DNA from: Falsibacillus albus
GTDB lineage: Bacteria > Bacillota > Bacilli > Bacillales > DSM-25281
Assembly: GCF_003668575.1 (NCBI RefSeq)
Contig: NZ_RCVZ01000001.1
Location: 501,046 to 525,045, forward strand
DNA: 24,000 nt
Reading direction: 5' to 3'
Shown here: piece after piece, positions 8,407 through 18,079 of the stretch
Numbering within the stretch: position 1 is the stretch's first letter
Layout of the letters: each line of letters starts with the position of its first letter
Program-made: the position numbers and the translations under genes
Notes under the pieces: model-generated
Databases searched by the model: none
What the model was told of the DNA's origin: nothing
What the model saw: only the letters and a program-made list of their open reading frames with translations

Positions 8407-8793
8407 ATGAAAAGACGTACTGCGCGTGAAAAGGCGCTTCAAGCATTGTTCCAAATGGATGCGAATGATATCCAGGCGGACGAAGCCATTTCCAATGTAT
8501 TGGAAGATAAACCGAATGACGAATACCTTCAGAAATTGGTGGCAGGGACCATTGAACATAAAAGCGAGATTGATCAAACGATCCAAAAACATTTAGAAAA
8601 ATGGAAACTTGGGCGGCTTGCGAAAGTGGATCGGAATATCCTTAGACTCGGTGTATTTGAAATGTACTATATGGAGGACCTTCCAAAGAATGTTGCCATC
8701 AACGAAGCGATTGAAATAGCGAAAACATTCGGTGATGATCAGTCAAGTAAATTCATCAATGGAGTACTCTCCAAAATAAAGGATTCTTTATAA
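8407..8793 (+). CDS. nusB: Transcription antitermination protein NusB
   Basis: MKRRTAREKALQALFQMDAND... and LPKNVAINEAIEIAKTFGDDQSSKFINGVL; aaaggag RBS. Confidence 0.96.
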   Translation: MKRRTAREKALQALFQMDANDIQADEAISNVLEDKPNDEYLQKLVAGTIEHKSEIDQTIQKHLEKWKLGRLAKVDRNILRLGVFEMYYMEDLPKNVAINEAIEIAKTFGDDQSSKFINGVLSKIKDSL

Positions 8794-8848
8794 GAGAACG
8801 GGGTCCATTCATAAAGAATTACTGCAGCTTAAGCGTCTAACGACATCG

Positions 8849-8949
8849 AAGCGGTAGCATGATAGAAGCGTTTAGGGCTGTTCCGCTGGTGCCTGGCTTC
8901 TCCTATAAAGCTCTATATAGTAGAAGTGCGAGCCGATGGCATTCTACTA
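8849..8949 (+). other. Potentially structured intergenic RNA region between nusB and xseA
   Basis: Hairpin TAGTAGAA(8918-8925)-G-TGC...GCA-TTCTACTA(8942-8949), plus weaker AGCGG/CCGCT pairing upstream. Confidence 0.4.
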
Positions 8950-9035
8950 AATATGGTTTAGGAGTCGCCCGGCACTTTCTTTATGGACAGATCCTTTCTT
9001 TTTCGGGCAAAATTTCTTTATGAAGGGTGTAATAG

Positions 9036-10397
9036 ATGACCGAGAATCGATATTTAACGATAAGAGCATTAACCAAATACATAAAACGAAAATTCGATGC
9101 CGATCCCTATTTGAAAGATGTATATGTGAAAGGGGAAATATCGAATTTTAAACAACATTCCAGCGGGCATATGTACTTTACATTGAAGGATGAAAATGCT
9201 CGCATATTATCCGTCATGTTTTCCTCCGCAAATCGATCAATGAAGTTTTCCCCTGAAAATGGCATGAATGTCCTGGTCAGAGGGGATGTTTCTGTTTTTG
9301 AGTCGAGTGGACAGTATCAGCTATATGTCAAAGAAATGCAGCCCGATGGAATCGGGGAGCTTTTTTTGGCTTACGAACAGCTGAAAGCAAAGCTCGAGAA
9401 GGAAGGCCTTTTTGATGCTGCCAGGAAAAGAAAGCTTCCGATGTATCCGAAAGCGATTGGCGTCATAACTTCTCCTACTGGGGCAGCTGTGCGGGATATC
9501 ATTACCACCATTCAGCGAAGGTATCCGATTGGCAAAGTACTGGTCATCCCTGCACTCGTGCAAGGACAGCAGTCTGCTGCATCCATTGTGGAGGCCATCG
9601 AAAAAGCCAATCAAATGGAAGGACTGGACGTATTGATTGTCGGCAGGGGCGGGGGTTCAATCGAAGAGCTCTGGTCATTTAATGAAGAAGCTGTGGCAAG
9701 GGCGATCTACCAATCAGCCCTTCCCGTCATCTCTGCTGTCGGACACGAAACAGATTTTACAATCGCTGATTTTGTAGCGGATATGAGAGCTCCCACTCCT
9801 ACCGGGGCAGCGGAATTGGCTGTCCCGCACATAGAGGAAATCATTGAACGCGTCATGAATCTGCAAATGAGGCTTGCCAGAGTGATGAGGCAGCAAGTGG
9901 ATGCGCGGAAAAAGGAATTGGACAATCTTCAGCGCAGCTATGCCTTCCGCAATCCTATGAAGCTTTACGAACAAAAGATGGAGGAAGTCGATCGGCTCAC
10001 AGAAAGACTCATCAGGGAAAAGAACATTCTCTTTGCTTCATTTCAGGACCAATTAAAAAACATGGAATCGAGGCTGCAGCGGAGCCATCCATCCGGCAAA
10101 CTTGACCAACATAAAGAAAAATACAAGCATTTGAATAGATGGCTGCAAAAGTACATCCAAGATATATATAAAGAGAAAGTCCAAGCATTGAATCAAAGCA
10201 TTTCCACACTGAAGGCGATGAATCCATTGAATATCATGGAGAGAGGCTACAGCGTTGCCTATAATGAAAAGCAGGAAGTGATCAAATCCACTGCACAGGT
10301 CAGTGAAGGAGACCATATCAGGCTGCACCTGAAGGATGGAAGATTGGTTTGCTCGATTGAAAATATAGAGGAGGAAAGTGAACATGAAAGAAACTGA
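9036..10397 (+). CDS. xseA: Exodeoxyribonuclease VII large subunit
   Basis: N-terminal OB fold [48 protein letters not shown]; motif [16 protein letters not shown]. Confidence 0.97.
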   Translation: MTENRYLTIRALTKYIKRKFDADPYLKDVYVKGEISNFKQHSSGHMYFTLKDENARILSVMFSSANRSMKFSPENGMNVLVRGDVSVFESSGQYQLYVKEMQPDGIGELFLAYEQLKAKLEKEGLFDAARKRKLPMYPKAIGVITSPTGAAVRDIITTIQRRYPIGKVLVIPALVQGQQSAASIVEAIEKANQMEGLDVLIVGRGGGSIEELWSFNEEAVARAIYQSALPVISAVGHETDFTIADFVADMRAPTPTGAAELAVPHIEEIIERVMNLQMRLARVMRQQVDARKKELDNLQRSYAFRNPMKLYEQKMEEVDRLTERLIREKNILFASFQDQLKNMESRLQRSHPSGKLDQHKEKYKHLNRWLQKYIQDIYKEKVQALNQSISTLKAMNPLNIMERGYSVAYNEKQEVIKSTAQVSEGDHIRLHLKDGRLVCSIENIEEESEHERN

Positions 10398-10611
10398 ACT
10401 TACTTTTGAACAAGCGATGGAACAGTTGGAAACTATCGTGCAAAAACTCGAAGAAGGAGATGTGCCTCTTGAGGAAGCGATCTCCATTTATCAAAAAGGC
10501 ATGGAGCTTTCAAAGATGTGTCATGATAAATTAAAAAATGTCGAAGATCAATTGACAAAAATTTTGACGGGTGATGAAGAAAAAGATTTCTCTCTTCAAG
10601 AGGAGGAATAA
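10384..10611 (+). CDS. xseB: Exodeoxyribonuclease VII small subunit
   Basis: [45 protein letters not shown]; gaggaaag upstream of ATG 10384. Confidence 0.96.
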   Translation: MKETELTFEQAMEQLETIVQKLEEGDVPLEEAISIYQKGMELSKMCHDKLKNVEDQLTKILTGDEEKDFSLQEEE

Positions 10612-10613
10612 TT

Positions 10614-11501
10614 TTGTTCCAGCAATCATTGAAAGAATTCATGTCGGCCCACAGAGATGTGGTCGAGAAAGAAATGAACAAAAAAATCTCGGGATTGGCG
10701 GCTCCGGAAATCATGAAAGAGGCAATGACCTATTCGCTGCAGGCGGGTGGAAAAAGGCTAAGGCCCATCCTGCTGCTTGCGACCCTCTCTGCCTATGGGG
10801 AGAAGCTCGGAAAGGGGTTAGCGGCAGCCTGCGCATTGGAGATGATCCATACATATTCCCTCATTCATGATGATCTTCCAAGCATGGACAATGATGACCT
10901 TCGCAGGGGGAAGCCGACGAATCATAAAGTATTCGGCGAAGCATTTGCCATTCTTGCCGGGGATGCATTGCTTACATATAGTTTTCAGATCCTTGCAGCC
11001 GATGAGGAAAATACACCGGAAATAAAAATCCGGCTGGTAGAACTGCTGAGCAAATGTTCGGGTGCAGAAGGGATGGTTGGAGGTCAGGCGGCAGACCTTC
11101 AAGGTGAAAATCGGTCATTGACACTCGAGGAATTGGAGTATATCCATTTAAATAAAACGGGTAAACTGCTCATGTTCAGTGTGGTGGCTGGTGCCATCAT
11201 AGCAGGCGCAAGCAGCAAGGAGCTCCAATTATTTGAAGCGTTTGCGCTGCATCTTGGACTGGCTTTTCAAATACAGGATGACATTTTGGACATAGAAGGA
11301 GACGTATCTAAAATCGGCAAACCGATTGGGAGCGATACAACGAATCATAAGAGCACCTACCCTGCATTGCTGACCATGGATGGAGCTAAGGAAAAGCTGA
11401 AAGAACACGTGGCAGAAGCAAAGAAAATGCTGGCTCAAACACGATTGGATATCGGATTATTGGAGGAAATCACCGATTTGGTCGCGCAAAGGGATCATTA
11501 A
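10614..11501 (+). CDS. ispA: Farnesyl diphosphate synthase / polyprenyl synthetase (IspA, YqiD)
   Basis: Asp-rich motifs LIHDDLPSMDNDDLRRG and FQIQDDILD; TTG start preceded by gaggagg. Confidence 0.95.
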   Translation: MFQQSLKEFMSAHRDVVEKEMNKKISGLAAPEIMKEAMTYSLQAGGKRLRPILLLATLSAYGEKLGKGLAAACALEMIHTYSLIHDDLPSMDNDDLRRGKPTNHKVFGEAFAILAGDALLTYSFQILAADEENTPEIKIRLVELLSKCSGAEGMVGGQAADLQGENRSLTLEELEYIHLNKTGKLLMFSVVAGAIIAGASSKELQLFEAFALHLGLAFQIQDDILDIEGDVSKIGKPIGSDTTNHKSTYPALLTMDGAKEKLKEHVAEAKKMLAQTRLDIGLLEEITDLVAQRDH

Positions 11502-11590
11502 TGATCGATCCTTCTATAAAGGTTGTTTCTCAAAGATTGTTGCTTCAGTGGATGTGCAGCGTCGGAATAGACGCAATCACAGATTATCGT

Positions 11591-11620
11591 TTGAGCGTAT
11601 GAAATAACCTATGGTATAAT
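11591..11620 (+). promoter_or_regulatory. Candidate sigma-A promoter for the OLE RNA
   Basis: TTGAGC (11591-11596), 18-nt spacer, TATAAT (11615-11620), predicted start near the 5' end of the structured region. Confidence 0.7.
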
Positions 11621-11626
11621 AAGTAT

Positions 11627-12235
11627 AATGATAGATGGATGGTGCAGTATTCTAGTCGACCTACCATTCTTGAAGGTGGGCCTAAAAATCCACTAAAGGG
11701 CACATCGATGAAGTTCCTGGTTTTGGCTTGGGGAGCCCAGCCTTGGGTCAAAGCTGGGAGTAAAGCTTAAGGGCGATCCACAATGGCATGTGGGCGATGA
11801 CCCTTAAGCTGCGGAGGCTTCGTATCTAGCGCTGGCAATATGCATGTGCAATAGTGCGGAGTATGAACCTGTGATGTGGTCAAAGGGTATCACTAGCAGC
11901 GTAGCCTGCCTTGAGTGAAGTTTGAGGGGATTATGGTAACAAAGCACACATCAGTTGGCCATTGATATGTACTTTTTCGCCCATATGAAATCGGCTTTGC
12001 AAAAGAGGCTAAGGAATGGTTAAAGGTTGTTGAGGAAATCTCCTAGGCTGTTTCTATCTGAACATATTTAGGGGATTATAGTGCGGACTAAGTGGTAATC
12101 CAGTCTAACTGCTGGTGACACAGTTAAGATGCCTTTAAAGGGAAACCGCCGGCTTGGCAACATCCGGTATGCATCTGGGAAAACCTACTGGACCTAAGCC
12201 GCAATCTTAACCCTGCATATGACCATCCATTTTTA
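11627..12235 (+). ncRNA. ole: OLE (Ornate Large Extremophilic) RNA
   Basis: ~600-nt ORF-free region between ispA and dxs with an OapA-like gene immediately downstream; closing long-range stem ATGGATGGTGCAG (11635-11647) with CTGCA...ACCATCCAT (12213-12230); internal G-rich conserved-looking motifs (AGTGCGGAGTATGAACC, GGGGATTAT..., CAAAGGGTATCACTAGC). Identification from context, size and architecture; no covariance search run. Confidence 0.9.
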
Positions 12236-12257
12236 ATCATATTGACACAAGAAATCG

Positions 12258-12884
12258 GTGATTGATAAATATATGAGAGATATAATGATAAACTCAATAA
12301 AATGGAGTATCAGCATTGCCGTTATCACTTTTGTGTTAGCGGCTATTTTTTCAATAGCATCAAACGGCATCCTTCATGGGGTTGCCTGGGGTACTGGATT
12401 GATTGTCGTTTTGATCATTGTCTTTATCGGTATTTTCTTTGATATGATCGGGATCGCCGCAACGGCAGCAGATGAAGTCCCTTTTCATGCGATGGCCTCA
12501 AAAAAAGTGTATGGAGCGAAGCATTCCATCAACATCGTACGCAATGCCGACCGATTTGCAAGCTTTTGTAATGATGTAATAGGCGATGTTTCGGGTATTA
12601 TAAGTGGTACAGCCACTACAATTGTCATCATCCAGCTCACGGTGAATCTGAAGCTTGGCCAAAGCTCTTATATCGATTATATGATCAATGTTACATTAAC
12701 AAGTTTCATCGCCGCGCTGACCGTTGGCGGGAAAGCCTTTGGAAAATCCTTTGCGATTCGCTATTCTCGTGATATTATTTTTCAGGTCGGGAAAGTTTTA
12801 CAATTTCTTGAGGAAAAATTTCATATCGCTATAATAAAAGATAAAAAGTCGAAAAAGAAATCAACTATTAACAGACGAAAGTGA
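12258..12884 (+). CDS. oapA: OLE-associated membrane protein (OapA-like)
   Basis: 208 aa multi-TM protein with GIAATAADEVPFHAMASKKVYGAKHSINIVRNADRFASFCNDVIGD; immediately downstream of the OLE RNA and upstream of dxs. Start codon uncertain (GTG 12258 or ATG 12273/12285). Confidence 0.88.
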   Translation: MIDKYMRDIMINSIKWSISIAVITFVLAAIFSIASNGILHGVAWGTGLIVVLIIVFIGIFFDMIGIAATAADEVPFHAMASKKVYGAKHSINIVRNADRFASFCNDVIGDVSGIISGTATTIVIIQLTVNLKLGQSSYIDYMINVTLTSFIAALTVGGKAFGKSFAIRYSRDIIFQVGKVLQFLEEKFHIAIIKDKKSKKKSTINRRK

Positions 12885-12894
12885 GTGATCCGTG

Positions 12895-14787
12895 ATGGAT
12901 CTGTTAGAAATAAAAGACCCTGGGTTTTTAAAGAACATGACCAATAGCCAGCTGGAAGGACTAAGCAAGGAAATTCGCCAGTTCTTGATTGAAAAGCTAT
13001 CCGTTACCGGCGGCCATATCGGCCCGAACCTTGGGGTGGTGGAGCTTACACTTGCCCTACATAAGTGTTTTGACAGCCCAAAGGACAAGATGATCTGGGA
13101 CGTGGGACACCAGTCCTATGTCCATAAAATATTGACTGGACGCGCCGGTGAATTTGACACCTTGCGTCAATACAAAGGTCTTTGCGGGTTCCCGAAACGA
13201 AATGAGAGTGAGCATGATGTATGGGAGACCGGGCATAGTTCCACATCTCTCTCTGCTGCCATGGGCATGGCAATCGCGAGGGATTTGAAAAAGGAAAAAT
13301 CATATATTCTACCAATTATCGGCGATGGGGCCCTTACAGGTGGAATGGCGCTCGAAGCACTGAATCATATCGGTGATGAGAAGAAAAATATGATCGTCGT
13401 CTTGAATGATAATGAAATGTCGATTGCCCCGAATGTAGGGGCATTGCACAAAGTGCTCGGGAAACTTCGTACAGCAGGTAAGTACCATTGGGCAAAGGAT
13501 GAGTTGGAGTACTTGCTGAAGAAAATCCCGGCAGTCGGCGGAAAGCTTGCCACTACAGCGGAGCGGATCAAGGATAGCCTAAAATATTTCCTTGTTTCGG
13601 GAATGTTCTTTGAAGACCTTGGGTTCACTTACTTGGGACCAGTGGATGGGCATAATTTTGAAGATTTATTTGAGAACATACAATATGCGAAGAAGACAGA
13701 AGGTCCCGTCCTCCTTCATGTCCTAACAAAGAAGGGGAAGGGATTTGACCCTGCTGAGTCGGATACAGTCGGCACTTGGCATGGTACAGGGCCTTATAAA
13801 ATCGATACCGGTGACCTTATTAAGCCCGTCAATGCTCCTCCTGCCTGGAGCAAATTGGTAAGTGAAACGGTCCGCAAGCTGGCGAGGACCGACGAACGCA
13901 TTGTTGCGATCACACCTGCGATGCCGGTCGGATCAAAGCTGGAAGGATTTGCTCAGGAATTTCCTGATAGGATGTATGATGTCGGGATAGCCGAGCAGCA
14001 CGCCGCAACGGTTGCGGCTGGATTGGCCACTCAGGATATGAAGCCATTCCTTGCCATTTATTCCACCTTTCTTCAACGTGCCTATGATCAAGTGGTCCAT
14101 GATATTTGCCGTCAAAATTTGAACGTGTTCATCGGAATCGACCGGGCAGGATTGGTCGGGGCAGATGGAGAGACGCATCAAGGCGTTTTTGATATTGCCT
14201 TTTTAAGACATTTGCCGAATATGGTATTAATGATGCCAAAGGATGAAAATGAAGGACAGCATATGGTCAATACCGCTATAAAATATGATGCTGGACCAAT
14301 CGCGATGCGCTTTCCACGCGGAAATGGCTATGGCGTGCCAATGGATTCGTCTCTCAAAGAGATACCGATCGGTTCATGGGAAGTATTGAGAAAAGGAACG
14401 GATGCGGCGATCCTAACGTTTGGAACGACGATCCCTATGGCGATGGAGGCTGCCGATCAATTGGAAAGCAGCGGAATTTCGGTTAAAGTCATCAATGCAA
14501 GATTCATCAAACCACTCGATGAGAAAATGCTGACTGAACTATTGTCTCAGGAAATGCCGATATTGACGATTGAGGAAGCCGTCCTTCAAGGGGGATTTGG
14601 AAGTGCTGTCCTGGAATTTGCCCATGATCATGGTTATCATCATGCAGCGATTGACAGAATGGGCATACCTGATTGCTTTATTGAACACGGCAGCGTTGGC
14701 AAACTCTTGGAAGAGATCGGGCTTACTTCTGAGCAGGTAGCCTTGAAGATACAAACAATGACACCAAAAAAACAAAAAAGGGCTTAA
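12895..14787 (+). CDS. dxs: 1-deoxy-D-xylulose-5-phosphate synthase
   Basis: [15 protein letters not shown]..., thiamine-binding [49 protein letters not shown]. Confidence 0.98.
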   Translation: MDLLEIKDPGFLKNMTNSQLEGLSKEIRQFLIEKLSVTGGHIGPNLGVVELTLALHKCFDSPKDKMIWDVGHQSYVHKILTGRAGEFDTLRQYKGLCGFPKRNESEHDVWETGHSSTSLSAAMGMAIARDLKKEKSYILPIIGDGALTGGMALEALNHIGDEKKNMIVVLNDNEMSIAPNVGALHKVLGKLRTAGKYHWAKDELEYLLKKIPAVGGKLATTAERIKDSLKYFLVSGMFFEDLGFTYLGPVDGHNFEDLFENIQYAKKTEGPVLLHVLTKKGKGFDPAESDTVGTWHGTGPYKIDTGDLIKPVNAPPAWSKLVSETVRKLARTDERIVAITPAMPVGSKLEGFAQEFPDRMYDVGIAEQHAATVAAGLATQDMKPFLAIYSTFLQRAYDQVVHDICRQNLNVFIGIDRAGLVGADGETHQGVFDIAFLRHLPNMVLMMPKDENEGQHMVNTAIKYDAGPIAMRFPRGNGYGVPMDSSLKEIPIGSWEVLRKGTDAAILTFGTTIPMAMEAADQLESSGISVKVINARFIKPLDEKMLTELLSQEMPILTIEEAVLQGGFGSAVLEFAHDHGYHHAAIDRMGIPDCFIEHGSVGKLLEEIGLTSEQVALKIQTMTPKKQKRA

Positions 14788-14789
14788 GG

Positions 14790-15623
14790 ATGAAAGTAAA
14801 AAAACAACGAATAGATGTACTATTAGTAGATAGAGGGCTTTTTGAAACAAGGGAAAAAGCAAAGCGGGCTGTTATGGCGGGCATCGTCTACAGCAATGAA
14901 CTGCGGTTGGATAAACCGGGAGAAAAGGTGAATGAAGATATCCCGATAAACATTAAAGGGAGTACAATGCCTTATGTCAGCAGGGGTGGATTAAAACTTG
15001 AGAAGGCTTTAAAGGAATTCCAAGTGAATGTTGAAGGGAAAATCATGCTTGACATCGGATCTTCAACAGGAGGATTTACTGACTGCGCACTTCAAAACGG
15101 TGCTAAAATGTCATATGCACTTGATGTGGGCTATAACCAGCTTGCCTGGAAATTAAGACAGGATGAACGGGTCGTGGTGATGGAGAGGACCAATTTTAGA
15201 TATGTGACACCGGCAGACCTGGAAAAAGGGATGCCCGACTTTGCTACCATCGATGTTTCTTTTATATCCTTGAAATTGATCCTTCCTGTCTTGAAAACGT
15301 TATTAGTGCAAAATAGCGACATCATCGCTTTGATCAAGCCTCAATTTGAAGCTGGACGCGAACAGGTTGGAAAGAAAGGGATCGTCAGGGATCCCAAAAT
15401 CCATGAGCAAGTGATTGAAAAGATCATTACATTCGCTCAAAATGAAGGCTACAAAATCAAAAATCTGTCCTATTCGCCTATAACAGGCGGCGATGGGAAC
15501 ATTGAGTTTTTAGCACACTTATATTGGGGCGATTCGACTGAAGGTGTCCTTGAGAACCTTCCAGATAAGTTTGATGAAGTGGTCGAAGAGGCCCATAGGG
15601 AATTACAAAGCAAGGATAAATAA
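14790..15623 (+). CDS. TlyA family rRNA (cytidine-2'-O)-methyltransferase / YqxC-like, S4 domain
   Basis: S4 domain KKQRIDVLLVDRGLFETREKAKRAVMAGIVY and SAM-binding LDIGSSTGGFTDCALQNGA. Confidence 0.93.
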   Translation: MKVKKQRIDVLLVDRGLFETREKAKRAVMAGIVYSNELRLDKPGEKVNEDIPINIKGSTMPYVSRGGLKLEKALKEFQVNVEGKIMLDIGSSTGGFTDCALQNGAKMSYALDVGYNQLAWKLRQDERVVVMERTNFRYVTPADLEKGMPDFATIDVSFISLKLILPVLKTLLVQNSDIIALIKPQFEAGREQVGKKGIVRDPKIHEQVIEKIITFAQNEGYKIKNLSYSPITGGDGNIEFLAHLYWGDSTEGVLENLPDKFDEVVEEAHRELQSKDK

Positions 15624-15642
15624 AAGATGGATGAGCTTGTGC

Positions 15643-15680
15643 GTCTTGAATGTGTTCCTTCATTGGGGACCATTCAAGAT
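15643..15680 (+). other. Strong hairpin in the yqxC-argR intergenic region
   Basis: CTTGAATG (15645-15652)/CATTCAAG (15671-15678) with inner GTTCC/GGGAC pairing; T-run begins about 11 nt later. Confidence 0.55.
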
Positions 15681-15789
15681 TGTGCAGGCTTTTTCAGTGG
15701 AAAATTGTACTTTTCAAAAAAATAAGCTAACATGTATGTATATCCGAGCATAAATATACAAGTTAGTTGGGGGTCGGCATATACCGATG

Positions 15790-16239
15790 ATGAATAAAGG
15801 ACAGAGACATATAAAAATACGCGAAATCATTGCACACTATGAAATTGAGACACAGGACGATTTGGTGGATCATCTAAAGAATTTAGGATTTAACGTGACC
15901 CAGGCCACTGTCTCAAGGGATATTAAAGAACTTCACCTGGTAAAGGTCCCTTTAATGGATGGGCGCTATAAATACAGCTTGCCGGCAGACCAGAGGTTCA
16001 ATCCGCTGCAAAAGCTGAAAAGAACTTTGACAGATGCATTCATTACCATCGATTCGGCAGGTCATTTGCTTGTGATGAAGACACTTCCGGGCAATGCCAA
16101 TGCCATTGGTGCATTATTGGATAATCTGGATTGGGAGGAGATCCTCGGGACCATTTGCGGGGATGATACGTGTTTAATTATTTGTAAAACGGAAAAAGAT
16201 ACAGAAATTATCTCGCAAAGATTATTAGATATGCTGTAA
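15790..16239 (+). CDS. argR: Arginine repressor ArgR/AhrC
   Basis: [54 protein letters not shown]; [10 protein letters not shown]. Confidence 0.97.
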   Translation: MNKGQRHIKIREIIAHYEIETQDDLVDHLKNLGFNVTQATVSRDIKELHLVKVPLMDGRYKYSLPADQRFNPLQKLKRTLTDAFITIDSAGHLLVMKTLPGNANAIGALLDNLDWEEILGTICGDDTCLIICKTEKDTEIISQRLLDML

Positions 16240-16256
16240 AGTGAGGCGAATTCTTA

Positions 16257-17954
16257 TTGCTACAGGAACTTTCAATTAAAAATTTTGCAATTATCGATGA
16301 ACTTTCCGTTTCTCTTGAAAAAGGATTGACGGTGCTTACTGGTGAAACGGGAGCTGGAAAATCGATCATCATTGATGCACTCCATTTGCTTGTGGGAGGC
16401 AGGGGTTCTTCTGAGTTTGTCCGACATGGCGAGAGAAAAGCTGAAATTGAGGGTTTATTTATCATTGAGGACCCAAATCATCCAATTTATAAGCGGGCTG
16501 ATGAATTTGGGATGGACATTGAAGATGGGATGGTCGTTTTAAGGCGGGATATCTCCAGTGCGGGAAAAAGTGTTTGCCGGGTGAACGGAAAGCTTGTAAC
16601 AATTGCAACGCTTCGTGAGATAGGCTCTTCGATCGTTGACATACACGGCCAGCATGAGCATCAGGAATTAATGAATGAGTCCCTTCATATGGCTTTATTG
16701 GACCAATATGGAGAAAAGAACATTTATCCTGCATTGCAAAGCTATCAGGAAATCTTTGCAGAGTATGACCACACTTCGAAAAGAATCAAGCAGCTAAGTG
16801 AAAATGAACAGCAAATGGCGCATCGTCTCGATCTCATCCAGTTCCAGCTGAATGAAATCCAGAATGCGGATTTAAGATTAAATGAAGATGAAGAGTTATT
16901 CGAAGAAAAACGAAAATTAATGAATTTCGAGAAGTTGTTTGAATCGATGCAAGCAAGCTACAATGCTCTGCAAGGCGAGCAGCGGGGCTTGGATTGGATC
17001 AGTTTGGTGATGGGGCATATCGAGGCCGCAGCAGAATTGGAATCAGACCTTTCTCCTGTACTTGAAGCGGTTACGAGCAGTTTCTATGCACTCGAAGATG
17101 CAACAAGGACCATCCGCAACCATTTGGATATATTGGAATTCAATCCAGAAAGACTGAATGACATCGAAGCCAGATTGAATGAAATCAATCAATTAAAAAG
17201 GAAATATGGCAGTACGATTGAAGAAATACTCGAGTACAGTTCCAAAATTGAAGAAGAGATTGATACCATTACAAACCGTGATAATCATGTACAGCAGCTT
17301 CAGCAAAAATTAATTTCGTTGGAAAAGGATTTGGCGCTTGAGGCGAATGAACTGAGCGATTTAAGGAGAAAATGGGCCAAAAAACTGCAAAATAGCATCC
17401 ATAAAGAGTTGAAACAATTGTATATGGACAAAACTGTTTTTGAAGTTAGGTTCAGTGAGGCAACTCCACATGCCAATCGCTTTAAAAAAGAAGGACAGGA
17501 CTCATTGGAATTTTACATTTCCACCAATCCGGGAGAACCGCTGAAGCCGCTATCCAAAGTGGCATCAGGTGGGGAACTGTCAAGGATGATGCTTGCGATG
17601 AAGACGATTTTTTCCAAGCATCAAGGAGTCACATCGATCATTTTTGACGAAGTGGATACCGGCGTAAGCGGCAGGGTGGCACAGGCAATCGCTGAAAAAA
17701 TTCATCAAGTCGCCGTCCATTCTCAAGTTTTATGTATTTCCCATTTGCCTCAAGTTGCTGCGATGGCGGATACACATCTTTATATTCGAAAAAAAATTAC
17801 CGGCGGCAGAACAAAGACAACGGTCACTTCATTGGATGATGAATCGAAAATCAAGGAAATCGGCAGGATGATATCTGGAGTGGAGATTACCGATTTAACG
17901 AAAAAACATGCCAAAGAATTGTTGGAGCTTGCTCATACAATCAAAATGACTTGA
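16257..17954 (+). CDS. recN: DNA repair protein RecN
   Basis: MLQELSIKNFAIIDELSVSLEKGLTVLTGETGAGKSIIIDAL; C-terminal SGGELSRMMLAMK and DEVDTGVSG; TTG start. Confidence 0.97.
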   Translation: MLQELSIKNFAIIDELSVSLEKGLTVLTGETGAGKSIIIDALHLLVGGRGSSEFVRHGERKAEIEGLFIIEDPNHPIYKRADEFGMDIEDGMVVLRRDISSAGKSVCRVNGKLVTIATLREIGSSIVDIHGQHEHQELMNESLHMALLDQYGEKNIYPALQSYQEIFAEYDHTSKRIKQLSENEQQMAHRLDLIQFQLNEIQNADLRLNEDEELFEEKRKLMNFEKLFESMQASYNALQGEQRGLDWISLVMGHIEAAAELESDLSPVLEAVTSSFYALEDATRTIRNHLDILEFNPERLNDIEARLNEINQLKRKYGSTIEEILEYSSKIEEEIDTITNRDNHVQQLQQKLISLEKDLALEANELSDLRRKWAKKLQNSIHKELKQLYMDKTVFEVRFSEATPHANRFKKEGQDSLEFYISTNPGEPLKPLSKVASGGELSRMMLAMKTIFSKHQGVTSIIFDEVDTGVSGRVAQAIAEKIHQVAVHSQVLCISHLPQVAAMADTHLYIRKKITGGRTKTTVTSLDDESKIKEIGRMISGVEITDLTKKHAKELLELAHTIKMT

Positions 17955-17985
17955 AAAGCTATCCATAATGGGTAGCTTTTTTTCT
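17954..17985 (+). terminator. Terminator after recN
   Basis: AAAAGCTATCC-ataat-GGGTAGCTTTT followed by T-rich tract. Confidence 0.92.
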
Positions 17986-18079
17986 TTTAATCCCTGTTAT
18001 AATTGCTTGCATTCAAGGCTAAATTAAGAGTGTAGCCAAAGAAGCGAGTGTGGATTAGAAGCGAGGAGAGTGTGGAATT

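Noticed and set aside
8859-9023. 54-codon ORF (MIEAFRAVPLVPGFSYKALYSRSASRWHSTKYG...) between nusB and xseA
   Set aside because: No plausible ribosome binding site, no recognisable family, overlaps the predicted hairpins; likely chance.
10571-10870. 99-aa plus-strand ORF overlapping the xseB 3' end and ispA
   Set aside because: Out of frame with two confidently identified genes covering the same DNA.
11637-12230. rRNA fragment, group I/II intron or RNase P/tmRNA
   Set aside because: No intron-encoded ORF, no recognisable rRNA, P RNA or tmRNA signatures; ispA-RNA-membrane protein-dxs context fits OLE RNA much better.
15544-15753. 69-aa plus-strand ORF after yqxC
   Set aside because: Mostly overlaps yqxC in another frame and extends through the intergenic hairpin; no family resemblance.
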